Source: Octopus bimaculoides (Eukaryota). Taken from it: a DNA stretch of 55,835 nt. The DNA is taken from positions 68,722,734 to 68,778,568 of the forward strand of contig NC_068984.1 of assembly GCF_001194135.2 (NCBI RefSeq), given 5' to 3'. The notes under the pieces are model-generated. The model saw only the letters and a program-made list of their open reading frames with translations. It was not told where the DNA came from and did not search any database. Numbering within the stretch: the first letter of the stretch is position 1; the number at the start of each line of letters is the position of its first letter. Below, one piece after another: positions 12,089 through 24,304 of this stretch. The position numbers and the translations under genes are program-made.

Positions 12089-13979
12089 ATCGACATACAC
12101 ACGCACGCACACACACACACACACACATACACACACATATATATGTTGCTTACTAGTACCTGCGGCGGCATTCACTCAAGGGGTTGAGCTGGCTCCGACC
12201 AACGAGTTCACCACGTCCCTCACAAATGCTAACCACATCAGACAGTCGTCTACCGTCGAGGCTGTGTATGTATGTATGTAGCGGGGTCTACCTATTATCT
12301 ATTAAAGGTATATATTCAGAGGCTCTCACCACAAACTTCGTTTACCACATTTGCCTAACAAGATATTTGATCGGCCTAAGGAATAGAGCCGAAACATATA
12401 CCCCAAGGCATTCTATCCAATACTATAACGACAGTGATTTCTCATGCACGCATACTCGTGCACACTCAGAAACATATACATGCACACAAGCAGAGCAGGA
12501 TTCCTTAAAAACTCTCTTTAATTGCTTGAAATAGTAGGCAAATATCCTTCAACTCGTATATTACCGTCTTAAGAAAAGAACGACTCATGAGAACATGAGA
12601 AAATGTAATCTGCAGAAAATAAATGAATAAATATAAAATAAATGAATATAAAAATAAAAAATAAAAGTGGGATGGTACCATTATGGTTGCAAACGTCTTT
12701 TTATCGACCAGGCCAATCAGAGGCTAAACAACTGCCCACACAAAATTGGGGATGTTAACAAAATAGTATAAAAGACATATAAAACAGGGAGTTTTAATTA
12801 GATTTTGTTGTTGCTGTGTTTGTTGTTGTACTAATGAAGTTATAACGGAAAATATTGAAAGGAGGAAAAAAGATCCGAAACTCTATAAAGTGTTTCTTAG
12901 ATAAGGCTAAAGAATTTCCACATTAAAACTTAATGTTGATAATTTGATCATTGAATGCATTATCATAAATTTTACATGTATTCATTCTCAAACAGCTTCA
13001 CTAATGACAGTAATGCTGTTTATGATTGAAAGAGAATTTTAAAGAAAGTTATCAATAAATAATTGTATGAATGATGACAAAAACGGCAAGATTGCAGTAA
13101 ATGTAACCCAAAATGAATGATAATTTTGGAATGTTATACTTGGCAAAAATCTGGAGCTGAAGATAAAATTCATCCATCAACCAATAGAAGCAATCCATTA
13201 TATGACTGTAATATTTATTTCAGATCTTATGCTAATTAATGCTAATTTATGCTGATTTATTGATATCTCTAATAATTCACTCTCGAAGAAACAAACACTG
13301 CACGATTTGTATTGTTTGTATATTTGATTTATTTTGTCCTCGCTTGTTTGTTTATTTTTGGGTATTTCTTTGTCTTTTGGGATTGCATTCATTCTAAATT
13401 AATCACGTGTGGTAGAGACAAAATCACCGAGTCACTTCAGTCTGTTTAATTATCAACATATGAGTTGTGAGTTCAAATCCTCATTCGATGTTCACTTATA
13501 TTTCCTCAAAAGCTAATGCAGTCAATAAAATTCAGATTTTTGGTTTATTTGTCGTTCTAGTATTTGGAATTGAAAGGGCAGGTGTACCAGCTTTTGTTAG
13601 AGCCTCTGTGACTGGAACAAAGTAGGGAAAGGAAAGTATTTAGCTTTAGACTAGAGTCATGGTCCCGATACTTGCGATAATATGGACTCTATGTAAAGCG
13701 CACATGAAGTGTATAGGGTTAATAAGCGTGGCAGAGTAATACTACCAACACAGCAATAGAAATGGTACCTCTGATGGCTTTAAGAAATTTTATTCGCTTG
13801 GTTTTGATTAAATGATAGAAAACACTTCTACTTGCTGCACAAGAAGATCAAGCATGAAATCACATAGTTATGAACTGAACCTATTAATTACAGAGCTATG
13901 GACCCAATTTCCAGAATATGCAGATGAGTCGGAAGAGATCCGTTTTTTTTTATGATACTCAATCTGCGAAATATTGATT

Positions 13980-14392
13980 TCGGATTTTAGCACAAGGCCA
14001 GTAATTTCGGGGGAAGGAACAAGTCGATTACATCGACTTCCAGTGTTTAGCTGGCACNNNNNNNNNNNNNNNNNNNNNNNNNNNNNNNNNNNNNNNNNNN
14101 NNNNNNNNNNNNNNNNNNNNNNNNNNNNNNNNNNNNNNNNNNNNNNNNNNNNNNNNNNNNNNNNNNNNNNNNNNNNNNNNNNNNNNNNNNNNNNNNNNNN
14201 NNNNNNNNNNNNNNNNNNNNNNNNNNNNNNNNNNNNNNNNNNNNNNNNNNNNNNNNNNNNNNNNNNNNNNNNNNNNNNNNGTGTTTAGCTGGCACTTATT
14301 TTATCGTTCCCCAAAAGTAGGAAAGGAAAAGTCTACCTTGGCGGAATTTGAAGCTAGAATGTAAAGACGGGAAAAATGCTACAAAGCATGTC
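13980..14392 (-). mobile_element. SINE family B split by a probably spurious gap
   Basis: Tail before the gap, core and B-box after it; GTGTTTAGCTGGCAC is repeated on both gap edges. Confidence 0.8.
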
Positions 14393-14757
14393 AAACAACG
14401 ATGTCTCTCGCAGCAGTACTTGAGACATAGATATTTATTCTCACCGGCAGAGTCGTTAGGGCAAGGATTATAATTCTTTACAGTACTTCCTTTTCTTTCT
14501 TTTTTTTTATATCTTCGTGGTCTGCGTTCAAATACCGTTTAACTGCGACCAAACTATCAATACTTGATGCATTATGAGCTCTTGTTCTTTCATTAAAAAC
14601 ATATACTTGTGCATGACCATGTATTGGCAGCGAAAAGGCAAATTTCCGGGTACACATATATTGTTGACCCTATCTGACACAGGTCAAAACTACACAAATA
14701 CGTACATGTGTGAGTGTGTATAAAATGTGCACATCTCTTGATGAACGAGCGAGCGAG

Positions 14758-14760
<3 letters not shown>

Positions 14761-14802
<42 letters not shown>

Positions 14803-14897
14803 AAGCAAGAGGGATTGAGAGAGAGCAAGGGAGAGGGAGAGCAAGGGTGATTGAGAGAGAGGGAGAGGAGGAGAGAGTAGTGTGTGTGTGTGCGTGT
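14761..14897. repeat. (AG)n-rich compound microsatellite followed by (GT)n
   Basis: Direct reading. Confidence 0.95.
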
Positions 14898-15842
14898 GCG
14901 TAAGATGATAAATGATATCTAATTTTAAATAACATTAATTTTCTTCAGATCACAAAGTCTGTTACAGTATTACAAATACCTGATAAGTGGCTTTTATTAA
15001 AACATCCGTTTTCTTTTCTCGACTGGTTGTTGATCCTTTTGTTTTGCTCCAGGTAGGTCTTGATCATGCAGCCGTATGATTAAAGGCATTCCATCCGTGA
15101 TTAACCCATTAATTTATAGTACCCAATGAGTTCCTGTTTGTGGCATTTGAGTGAGGCTTTGCTGCTATTGCTACAAGGTCGATTCAATATTCAGTAGTAA
15201 CTCTCGTATTGTCATCATACTTGAACGCCTGTCCCGTTGCCTACTACTCGAATCACGGCAAAGATAAGCAAAACTGCTTACCCTACAGGTAATGTTTAGC
15301 ATAGATTTCATTGAATGAATATAGATAAGCAATAAATATCAACCTGGAATGAATGCGTATTCTTTTGCTAGTAATACATTAAAATGATTTAATGCCTGTT
15401 CCAAGGATATGCTTTGTAATATATATATATATAATATATTTGAACATGATGCTTTATGAGTGTATATAAATTAGATTATAACACCTTGTTACGAATGAGT
15501 TGTGGAACATGTAAATAAACTAAGACAGGCAGCTTCTTGTAATCTTAAAAGATACAATTTTGAAAGATGCACTTATATGCACGCGTTTAATATTGACTGT
15601 CGAAGAGAAAGTGTATTCAATACCATAATAGAGATTAATGATATACAGCAATACCTCACTGTACGATGATCCGCTTTCCGAGAGCCCGGGTTTAAGAGTT
15701 TTATTTTTCAAGCTCAAGTTTCAAATTTTGAACGAAGTGCAAAAGTTGGATCTTTATGGTTATCGCCACTGTATGTCAAAATCTTTAAACAAAATTTTTA
15801 ATGTTTCATAGAGATGTAATATTTGACCCTGAATCCGAATTT

Positions 15843-15880
15843 GGGTTAGGGTTCGGGTTTTAGAGTTAGGGTTAGGGTTA
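15843..15880 (+). repeat. Telomere-like (TTAGGG)n degenerate array inside Merlin
   Basis: GGGTTAGGGTTCGGGTTTTAGAGTTAGGGTTAGGGTTA; a gap begins at 15886, so the array could resume within it. Confidence 0.85.
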
Positions 15881-16752
15881 TGTTTNNNNNNNNNNNNNNN
15901 NNNNNNNNNNNNNNNNNNNNNNNNNNNNNNNNNNNNNNNNNNNNNNNNNNNNNNNNNNNNNNNNNNNNNNNNNNNNNNNNNNNNNNNNNNNNNNNNNNNN
16001 NNNNNNNNNNNNNNNNNNNNNNNNNNNNNNNNNNNNNNNNNNNNNNNNNNNNNNNNNNNNNNNNNNNNNNNNNNNNNNNNNNNNNNNNNNNNNNNNNNNN
16101 NNNNNNNNNNNNNNNNNNNNNNNNNNNNNNNNNNNNNNNNNNNNNNNNNNNNNNNNNNNNNNNNNNNNNNNNNNNNNNNNNNNNNNNNNNNNNNNNNNNN
16201 NNNNNNNNNNNNNNNNNNNNNNNNNNNNNNNNNNNNNNNNNNNNNNNNNNNNNNNNNNNNNNNNNNNNNNNNNNNNNNNNNNNNNNNNNNNNNNNNNNNN
16301 NNNNNNNNNNNNNNNNNNNNNNNNNNNNNNNNNNNNNNNNNNNNNNNNNNNNNNNNNNNNNNNNNNNNNNNNNNNNNNNNNNNNNNNNNNNNNNNNNNNN
16401 NNNNNNNNNNNNNNNNNNNNNNNNNNNNNNNNNNNNNNNNNNNNNNNNNNNNNNNNNNNNNNNNNNNNNNNNNNNNNNNNNNNNNNNNNNNNNNNNNNNN
16501 NNNNNNNNNNNNNNNNNNNNNNNNNNNNNNNNNNNNNNNNNNNNNNNNNNNNNNNNNNNNNNNNNNNNNNNNNNNNNNNNNNNNNNNNNNNNNNNNNNNN
16601 NNNNNNNNNNNNNNNNNNNNNNNNNNNNNNNNNNNNNNNNNNNNNNNNNNNNNNNNNNNNNNNNNNNNNNNNNNNNNNNNNNNNNNNNNNNNNNNNNNNN
16701 NNNNNNNNNNNNNAAAACATTGCTTAAAACAGACATTTATTAGTTTTAAAAA

Positions 16753-17074
16753 TTCAAGAATGAAAGTTTGCAATTCACTCTAGGATTTTATAAAATGAAT
16801 TATCTTTCTCATATCTCTTTTTCCACATGAATTCACAAAGGTAAGAGTCTACCATTGAACTTTGTGTTCCACGTCGGCGTTTGTTTCAACGCTTTAAAGA
16901 TGCCCAGGTACTCTCATTTTGTTGAGTGTGAGTCCCATCTTTTGAGTTTATAAATTCAATGCTATAGTTCACAGTTTTATGTGTGAAAACATAGCCCACG
17001 ATTTCTGGGATATGATTATAATCTCGCCACAGGTCACTGAAGATAGTAGTTCCTGGAAAAACTGAGTGTCGCAT
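16753..17074 (-). pseudogene. Merlin/ISXO2-like (IS1595 family) transposase C-terminal half with in-frame stops
   Basis: HSVFPGTTIFSDLWRDY...HKTVNYSIEFINSKDGTHTQQNESTWASLKR*NKRRRGTQSSMVDSYLCEFMWKKRY...FYKILE*IANFHS matches the recalled Merlin pattern PGT.I.SD.W..Y / H.TVNHS..F / HTQ.IE..W / YL.EF.W. Confidence 0.88.
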
Positions 17075-17098
17075 TGTATTCCTTGTTTACACTTCTTG

Positions 17099-17233
17099 TG
17101 CGCATGCGCAACATCGTTGGTTACTATAGAAACAGAGTTCTCCGCTATCAACTATGGAACACGTGGTGCTTCTTTGCTTACTATGCTAATAGAACTTCAC
17201 GGTGATGTGTAAAATACTCGCTTCTGATTGGCT
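17099..17233 (-). promoter_or_regulatory. Candidate transposase promoter motif cluster
   Basis: TGCGCATGCGCA (17099-17110, NRF1-type palindrome), GTTACTATAGAAAC (17120-17133, RFX X-box-like), CACGTG (17160-65), CTGATTGGCT (17224-33, CCAAT on minus). Function is inferred only. Confidence 0.4.
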
Positions 17234-17771
17234 AAAACACCCAAATTTTGCAAATTTTAAAGGCTAATAACTTTTTAACTATGAATTTATAGGAAAAATT
17301 ATTTTCATTTCCATAATTAGCATACAAAACTTAATCCATAAACCAAATTTGAAAACAACTGAGACACAATTGTAGACAGTGGCGATAACCACAGAGGTCC
17401 CAAAAATTTCTACTATCAAGCTTTTTCAAAGTAAACTACTCTAGATTTGTTTTTTAAAAAGAAATCTACAAGTCCGTTTACGAGTGCTTGTGAGTCGGTG
17501 ATCGCACCTACAAGTGATGGTGTGTGCGAGCCTAATGTAAGTGAAAGTAATTCAGAAAACGATTATAATATTTTTTTTTGCTATCATAAATGGTCTCGAC
17601 ATTCTTTTTACCCTACATGAAATATTCTTTCCATTCTATTGTTGTTTTATTGCCATTTATTTACAAGCATTATAAATTTTATAGGCAAAATATTTTTTTC
17701 TGGGAACGAATTACAATTTTAACATTGCTACTATGGGAAAGTATTCCATTATTTTTCAAACCCTCTTTCCT

Positions 17772-17772
17772 G

Positions 17773-17808
<36 letters not shown>

Positions 17809-17820
17809 TGTGTGTGTGTG
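17772..17820. repeat. (GCGT)n then (GT)n microsatellite
   Basis: Direct reading. Confidence 0.95.
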
Positions 17821-18311
17821 TATAGTTCATTGATGAGAATAAGATATTCTCCTTGCAGACCACACTTAGTAGTTCTTCTGAGGTTTAGACTTGAGTGTGT
17901 AGAGGAGTGAGTGTAATGAGAAGTAAGTGTTATGAGAAGCAAGTCAGGCAGGTCGATATGCAAAGGATATTTCATTCATTAACTACAACAGATGTATATA
18001 TATTGGTTACATATATATGCATATATATAAATACAGAATTTTACCAGTTGTTCAAATATTGTTAGTTTATCCAAAGCAGTAAATGATAAAATTTTACTGG
18101 TGTGTGTAGGTCGGCAACATATACAAAAGCCACATAAATTATTCATCATATAGTGCAAAAGCGAAGGAAAGATAACTCATATTATGAAAAGTTCGCTAAA
18201 GTACCCTGAGAAAATATAATTGGTTGTGGGAACGTTTGATCTCGTAATGATATGATATTATTAGTTCAGAAACTTAAACCTACAGCGATTGTGTTTAGGA
18301 CATCTAAGGTC

Positions 18312-18395
18312 AGAGAGAGAGAGAGAGGGAGAGGGAGAGAGAGAGAGAGAGAGACAGACAGAGAGAGAGAGAGAAATAGAGAGAGAGAGAGAAAT

Positions 18396-18453
<58 letters not shown>
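18312..18453. repeat. (AG)n microsatellite with interruptions
   Basis: Direct reading. Confidence 0.96.
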
Positions 18454-18458
<5 letters not shown>

Positions 18459-19010
18459 TACCTAGAGATAGTAATAAGCTCATCGATAGAAATTATATAT
18501 TTCATTAACAGAAAATTATATGCATAAGTAGTTAGCTAGACGGTAGAATAGATAAGTAGTTCAATAGAGACAAAGAGAAAATCAACAAAAGTAAAATAGT
18601 GGAGAAGTCAATCTTCTAAATTTAATTTACAAAAACTATACTTGTTTGCATTCTAGTTTTAGGTGGTGCAAAGATAATATTTAAGTACATCCTTTTTGTA
18701 TAGAAGAGGTATTACCAATATTTTCAGGATTCTCAATTATGCTCATTAGAATGAATTAACAGGAGTGATATTTTCTAAATATTGTGAACAATATATCTTT
18801 TTGCTTGAGGAGGTGAACTACTCCTCAACATTGATGTCGATGAGTAATATAAGTAGTATTTCGTTTAACATATAAGGAGTTAATGGAAAATGAATACTTT
18901 TCACCCCGCCATCTCTCTATACACACACACGCACACACACACTCATATACACACAGACGCGCACATGCACACACACACACACACACACACATATATGTGT
19001 ATACTTTTAC

Positions 19011-19330
19011 TCTTTACTTGTTTCAGTCATTTGACTGTGGCCTTGCTGGAGCACCGCCTTTAGTGGANNNNNNNNNNACCCGTATCGGTTGTCAAGCGAT
19101 GTTGGGGGGGACAAACACAGACACACAAACATATACACACACATACATATACATTTATATACATATATACGACAGGCTTCTTTCAGTTTCCATCTACCAA
19201 ATCCACTCACAAGGATTTGGTCGGCCCGAGACTATAGTAGAAAACACTTGTCCAAGGTGCCATGCAGTGAGACTGAACCCGGACCATGTGGTTGGTAAGC
19301 GAGCTACTTACCACACAGCCACTCCTACAC
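19011..19330 (-). mobile_element. SINE family A with shortened tail
   Basis: TACTTACCACACAGCCACTCC head complement, core, (CA/TA)n spacer, tail CAGTCATTTGACTG. Confidence 0.88.
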
Positions 19331-19682
19331 CTGTTTATAATTCATGTATACATACATATGTGTATATATTGTGTTAAATAGAATGAGACAACAAAGCCAA
19401 GACTGTGTAGAATTTTTGGACATTTATAAAGAGGAAGTTAGTCTTACAGTTGTTTCTGGGATATTAGGGATATCCCTTTACCAGAGACGATATGAGAGAG
19501 TTAAAAAGACGGAAATAGTAAAGTTCAGTATAAGGTTTTATTTGGGAAAAGATGGGTATAGGAAATATAAAGGGATGGACTCTCCCGTCGAAAATAACGT
19601 ATGAGTATCCAGTCACCTTGCCGAACGATTGCACAAAGGATTTGTTTATAGTTGTCGAAGTGTTAGCAGAGGAATGTAAGAT

Positions 19683-19783
19683 GAAGTGTTTTGCTCAAGA
19701 GTACAACGCAGCATCTGGTCTTGGAATTGAAACCAAGATCTCGCGATCGTGAGTGAAACAGCCTAATTACTAGGCTATGGGCC
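19683..19783 (-). mobile_element. SINE family C head fragment
   Basis: GCTCAAGAGTACAACG...CGATCGTGAG...CTAATTACTAGGCTATG parallels 12010-12085. Confidence 0.7.
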
Positions 19784-20894
19784 CTCACGTATGTATGTAT
19801 GTATGTATGTATGTATATGCACACATATATACACACATGTATATATATATATATATATAAACATAGATATCTATCTATATATATATATATATATATAAAC
19901 NNNNNNNNNNNNNNNNNNNNNNNNNNNNNNNNNNNNNNNNNNNNNNNNNNNNNNNNNNNNNNNNNNNNNNNNNNNNNNNNNNNNNNNNNNNNNNNNNNNN
20001 NNNNNNNNNNNNNNNNNNNNNNNNNNNNNNNNNNNNNNNNNNNNNNNNNNNNNNNNNNNNNNNNNNNNNNNNNNNNNNNNNNNNNNNNNNNNNNNNNNNN
20101 NNNNNNNNNNNNNNNNNNNNNNNNNNNNNNNNNNNNNNNNNNNNNNNNNNNNNNNNNNNNNNNNNNNNNNNNNNNNNNNNNNNNNNNNNNNNNNNNNNNN
20201 NNNNNNNNNNNNNNNNNNNNNNNNNNNNNNNNNNNNNNNNNNNNNNNNNNNNNNNNNNNNNNNNNNNNNNNNNNNNNNNNNNNNNNNNNNNNNNNNNNNN
20301 NNNNNNNNNNNNNNNNNNNNNNNNNNNNNNNNNNNNNNNNNNNNNNNNNNNNNNNNNNNNNNNNNNNNNNNNNNNNNNNNNNNNNNNNNNNNNNNNNNNN
20401 NNNNNNNNNNNNNNNNNNNNNNNNNNNNNNNNNNNNNNNNNNNNNNNNNNNNNNNNNNNNNNNNNNNNNNNNNNNNNNNNNNNNNNNNNNNNNNNNNNNN
20501 NNNNNNNNNNNNNNNNNNNNNNNNNNNNNNNNNNNNNNNNNNNNNNNNNNNNNNNNNNNNNNNNNNNNNNNNNNNNNNNNNNNNNNNNNNNNNNNNNNNN
20601 NNNNNNNNNNNNNNNNNNNNNNNNNNNNNNNNNNNNNNNNNNNNNNNNNNNNNNNNNNNNGAGCCGTTTTAGCGATGCGTCCTGCCCAAGCTCGTCGAAA
20701 CGCCGGTGTTAAAACGTGGGTGGCTGATGAAGGAGAATGTTCTCTATGTGGCTCGTGTGTTCTCGTCTACGTTTGTTTGCAATGTCCTGTACCCAGATAT
20801 GCACCTATACATACAGGTGGATGTCGGTATGCACATACCTGTACGTATATATGCATATACTCATTTACTATTTGTATATATATATATATACATG

Positions 20895-20928
<34 letters not shown>

Positions 20929-20940
20929 TATGTATATATA

Positions 20941-21717
20941 TGGAGGGTGTTTGGGATAAATTTGACGATATTTTAAAGCTTCTTTTTTTCAGGAACAACT
21001 TGATGTAATGATGAATGCTCAAACGTATTGGAATGCATAAAGACGAAAGTTGTCGCTGTGAAAAATTTAGGTGACATGGACCACTGGAAGCCATGTGAAT
21101 ATTGGAAATGAGCTACCTTATTCATGAGGATTTGTGCTGGGTATCATAATCCCGATATTATGACTGCTGTTTAATACCTTGTGAACACTGTAAACATGGA
21201 CTGCTGCAACGGAGACTACAAACTTGTGACCAGCAAGACACACAGGTGGCGTACTGACTGCGTCTGCACGCCAGATTCATCCTCACATCTTTGAACAGGG
21301 TCTTAGTCTCAGTTTACATGGCTATATAAAGCTGCTGAGTGTGGTCAAACCCTGGCTGGAGGGACTTGATGTTGGAAGGCAGCAGGATGACTTCGCCGGG
21401 CCCAAATTCTGACCTGCTAATCCTATAGATTACTATATGTGGGACTCTACCTGCAACACCAATGCCGAGCTGGTAGCCAAGATCAAGGTGTTTGGATATC
21501 TTCCCAGCGACTTTGTGAGGAAAGCATGCGCCAGATTATGGACCTGCCTTGAGGCCGTGGTGAAAGCTGAGTTCGGATACTTTGAGCAAACATTTATCTC
21601 CCAGTCATAATCTAGTTGATATTTTTTGATTTTTTAAATACTTTTATTTTCTATTAGGATATTGTGTTTTTTTCTTCTTTTTATGCAAAGTAGCAAATTT
21701 AGACCGAACACCCGGTG
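20941..21717 (+). mobile_element. Deleted Tc1/mariner element, maT (DD37D)-like
   Basis: TA-flanked imperfect TIRs (GGGTGTTTGGGATAAATTTG versus reverse complement GGGTGTTCGGTCTAAATTTG). Decayed C-terminus GYIKLL..VKPWL...NPIDYYMW...CNTNAELVAKIK...KACARLWTCLEAVVKAEFGYFE. Confidence 0.8.
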
Positions 21718-21729
21718 TATATGAAAGTC

Positions 21730-21928
21730 GACGATCGGGCAGTATCGTTAGCCTGCCACACAAAGTGCTTAGCGGAATTTCTTTGCGTCCTGAGTTCAAA
21801 TTCTGACTAGGTTGACTTCGCTTTTCAACCTTTCGGGGTCGATAAAATAAATAAATACGAGTACTGTCACTGATGGAATCAGCTAGCCCTCTCCCACTAA
21901 ATTTCAGACCTTGTGTCTACATTAAAAA
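21730..21928 (+). mobile_element. SINE family B
   Basis: GCTTAGCGG...CTGAGTTCAAATTC...CCTTTCGGGGTCGATAAA...GACCTTGTG. Confidence 0.8.
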
Positions 21929-22194
21929 TAATTTATACACACACACACACACACACACATACATGCACACACACACATACACAATGCATATATGCTTCTG
22001 TATATGCATATATATATGTGTGTGCGTGTGTGTGTGTGGGGGGGGGTGGCACATACATATATGCATATACACACAACACACACACACATACATACACACA
22101 TATATGGAGATTGATAGGTAGATAGAAAGATTGATTGGTAGATGAATAGATATTTAGCATATATACCTTTGGTGTTCTCATTCTCATGCGTTTC

Positions 22195-22742
22195 TAATTT
22201 GCGTTTAGGTACTTTGGTACTCCTTTTGTTTGAGGCTTTCTAATGTCCAGAATGTTGTGTATGATGCGGTCGACTCTTTCACTGGAAATCCCCAGGGTCT
22301 CAGCTGAAATCCGGCGGTCCTTGAGAATCATGACGTGCACAGCGTCGGCTTTGTCCTCTGTGGTCGCTGAAGTTGGCAGCCCAGACCTGGGTTCATCAGT
22401 GATCTCGAAATGACCGACCCCAAACCTTGACACCCAGGTTTTCACTGTGGAGTAAGATGGTTACCCATGCTTCAAGACTTCCATTATATCTCCATGGATT
22501 TCTGTCGCTCCTTTGCCTTGCAAAATGGGGAAATTCATGACCGTTTGTGCTTTAATTTTATCAAAATCCACTGTAGGAGCCGCCATCAGACGTTAAAGCT
22601 GCCAAAAAAAAGCTATAATGTATATCATCATGATTTCCTTTTGCATATCTTCTCCTAAATAGCTGTCCTACCTCCCCTGTAAAGGTAACAGCTCTACCCT
22701 TTCCTGATACCCTTAAAGCCAGGAACTTTTCAGCACCTCTCG
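22195..22742 (-). mobile_element. mariner element 5' part: TIR and N-terminal transposase HTH region, truncated
   Basis: End TA|CGAGAGGTGCTGAAAAGTTCCTGG on minus. Translation DKIKAQTVMNFPILQGKGATEIHGDI..*PSYSTVKTWVSRFGVGHFEITDEPRSGLPTSATT...DRRIS..LGISSERV..GVPKYL has the mariner DEPRSGRP and WVP(R/K)L-type motifs. Confidence 0.88.
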
Positions 22743-22895
22743 TATATGTCATAAATATACCAATGGTAGTATGCGTGACTAAATATACTTGCATAAATCT
22801 ATATCTACTGTTTTACTGTAGTTTATACATTTGCGCACAGTCACATACACGTATGAGTACATCTTGATTTTTAACATTATTCTGATTTATTATTA

Positions 22896-23103
22896 AGGTG
22901 GTGAGGTGGCAGAATTGTTAGCATGCCGGGCAAAACGCTTAGTAGCATTTCACCCGTTCAAACGTTTGGAGTTCAAAATCTGCTGAGGTTACCTTCGTCT
23001 TTCATCCTTTTGAGGTCACTAAAATATGTACCAGTTTCGGGTCGTTAAAATCGACTTACCCCTCCCCCGAAAATGCTGGTCTTGTGCCAAAATTTGAAAC
23101 CAG
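22896..23103 (+). mobile_element. SINE family B, full length
   Basis: AAGGTGGTGAGGTGGCAGAATTGTTAGC head, GAGTTCAAAAT B box, tail GTGCCAAAATTTGAAACCA. Confidence 0.88.
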
Positions 23104-24304
23104 TTTAGTTTTTATTAGTCTCTGCATCATTTAACTCCCCGTGGGCGTATGGCAGGTGTGCATCATGAGATATGAAGAGAATTAGAAATAAAAATGTAAT
23201 CTGGTTTAATCTCTATTCACTCTAAATGTTTCTGCTACTATAATTAGGACCTTCCTGAAGCAAATTATAAAGCATATCCTAGGAGGCCATAGATACCGTA
23301 ACGTCTTTTATTCCCATAACGTCAATGTCAGCCATTAATGGTTAGATGATATCTAAGCATAGAATACACGCAACAACAGACGCAGTGCTGTGTTGATAAT
23401 AACTAACATTGCAAGCTACATCAGACGCAAACACACACCCACGTAATCTTCATCCTACATGTTAACCAGCAGCTGTCAATTGGAAAGTGTTTGTATCGGA
23501 AAGTCAGTGGCCTGTGTTTGACTCATACTATTCGATGATATTATGAGACACTACAGCAAATGAATTTTTGAGGAAGATATATGTAACTAAACACTATATT
23601 CGGTTTAGCGATAGGAATACTTCACTTGCTTACTCCTCTTCATCTGGAGACCCTATGGATATGGAAACGACTTCCCCAACATTACATAAAGAGGGATTCA
23701 TAATTACGAATTCTGACTCTAAGAAACGGCAAATAACCCACCCTCAGCTGTTATCCATCAACTGTAAAAGAAATACGCCCTGTTAATGAACTTCATGATA
23801 TTGACCATTGATAAACAGGATATACGACTCTAGGTCTAACTGTCCCACTCACAACAGTGAGTTCTATACTTCCTAGTGCACGAAGAAATTTATTGTCGCT
23901 CATGCGAGATCAATGTAACCCCAGAACATCAAATTGGTTATTTTGGAATGTGACATTATATAGAATTTAGATTATCTAACAAGAACATCTAATCTGTCCA
24001 ATTTCGTGCAATATTCATTGCAAAGAACTGATGTTAACAAATGTTAACAAAGCGACGCCAGCATTGTGCTTGCTCCTTCTCAAGACCAATAGAGACTTAA
24101 ATATTCTCTCAACTAGATGCCATTTTAAATTTCTTTTGAATTCTCTCTATGACGATTCCAAACATCTGATGATATTGATATGTCCTGCGCAGACGAGAGT
24201 TTAAAGACTGTTATTATATACATAGAACTTCAACCAAATATATCGAATGCTAATTCCTTTCATTTATTCACTGACATATGTGTGTGTGTATTTATGCATG
24301 TATT

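Larger units (their letters stand above)
15748..17400 (-). mobile_element. Merlin-superfamily DNA transposon, internally deleted (828 bp of it is N)
   Basis: 25-bp TIRs starting with GG: GGATCTTTATGGTTATCGCCACTGT (15748-15772) and ACAGTGGCGATAACCACAGAGGTCC (17376-17400), 22/25 match. 8-bp TSD CAAAAGTT (15740-47) versus CAAAAATT (17401-08). Encloses a Merlin-like transposase fragment. Confidence 0.88.

Noticed and set aside
14949-15052. 104-nt candidate exon with good AG and GTAGGT signals and an open frame
   Set aside because: The donor seems to lie in an old repeat fragment, the hydrophobic peptide follows from T-richness, and no partner exon was found.
15643-15665. TACAGCAATACCTCACTGTACG as a pogo/Tigger-like TIR
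   Set aside because: No matching opposite end found in the window.
15843-15885. True chromosome end or telomere fusion
   Set aside because: Short, degenerate and enclosed by transposon TIRs with a TSD.
15760-16773. Longest ORFs in the track (also 19799-20959 and 11497-11964)
   Set aside because: Mostly X residues translated through N gaps.
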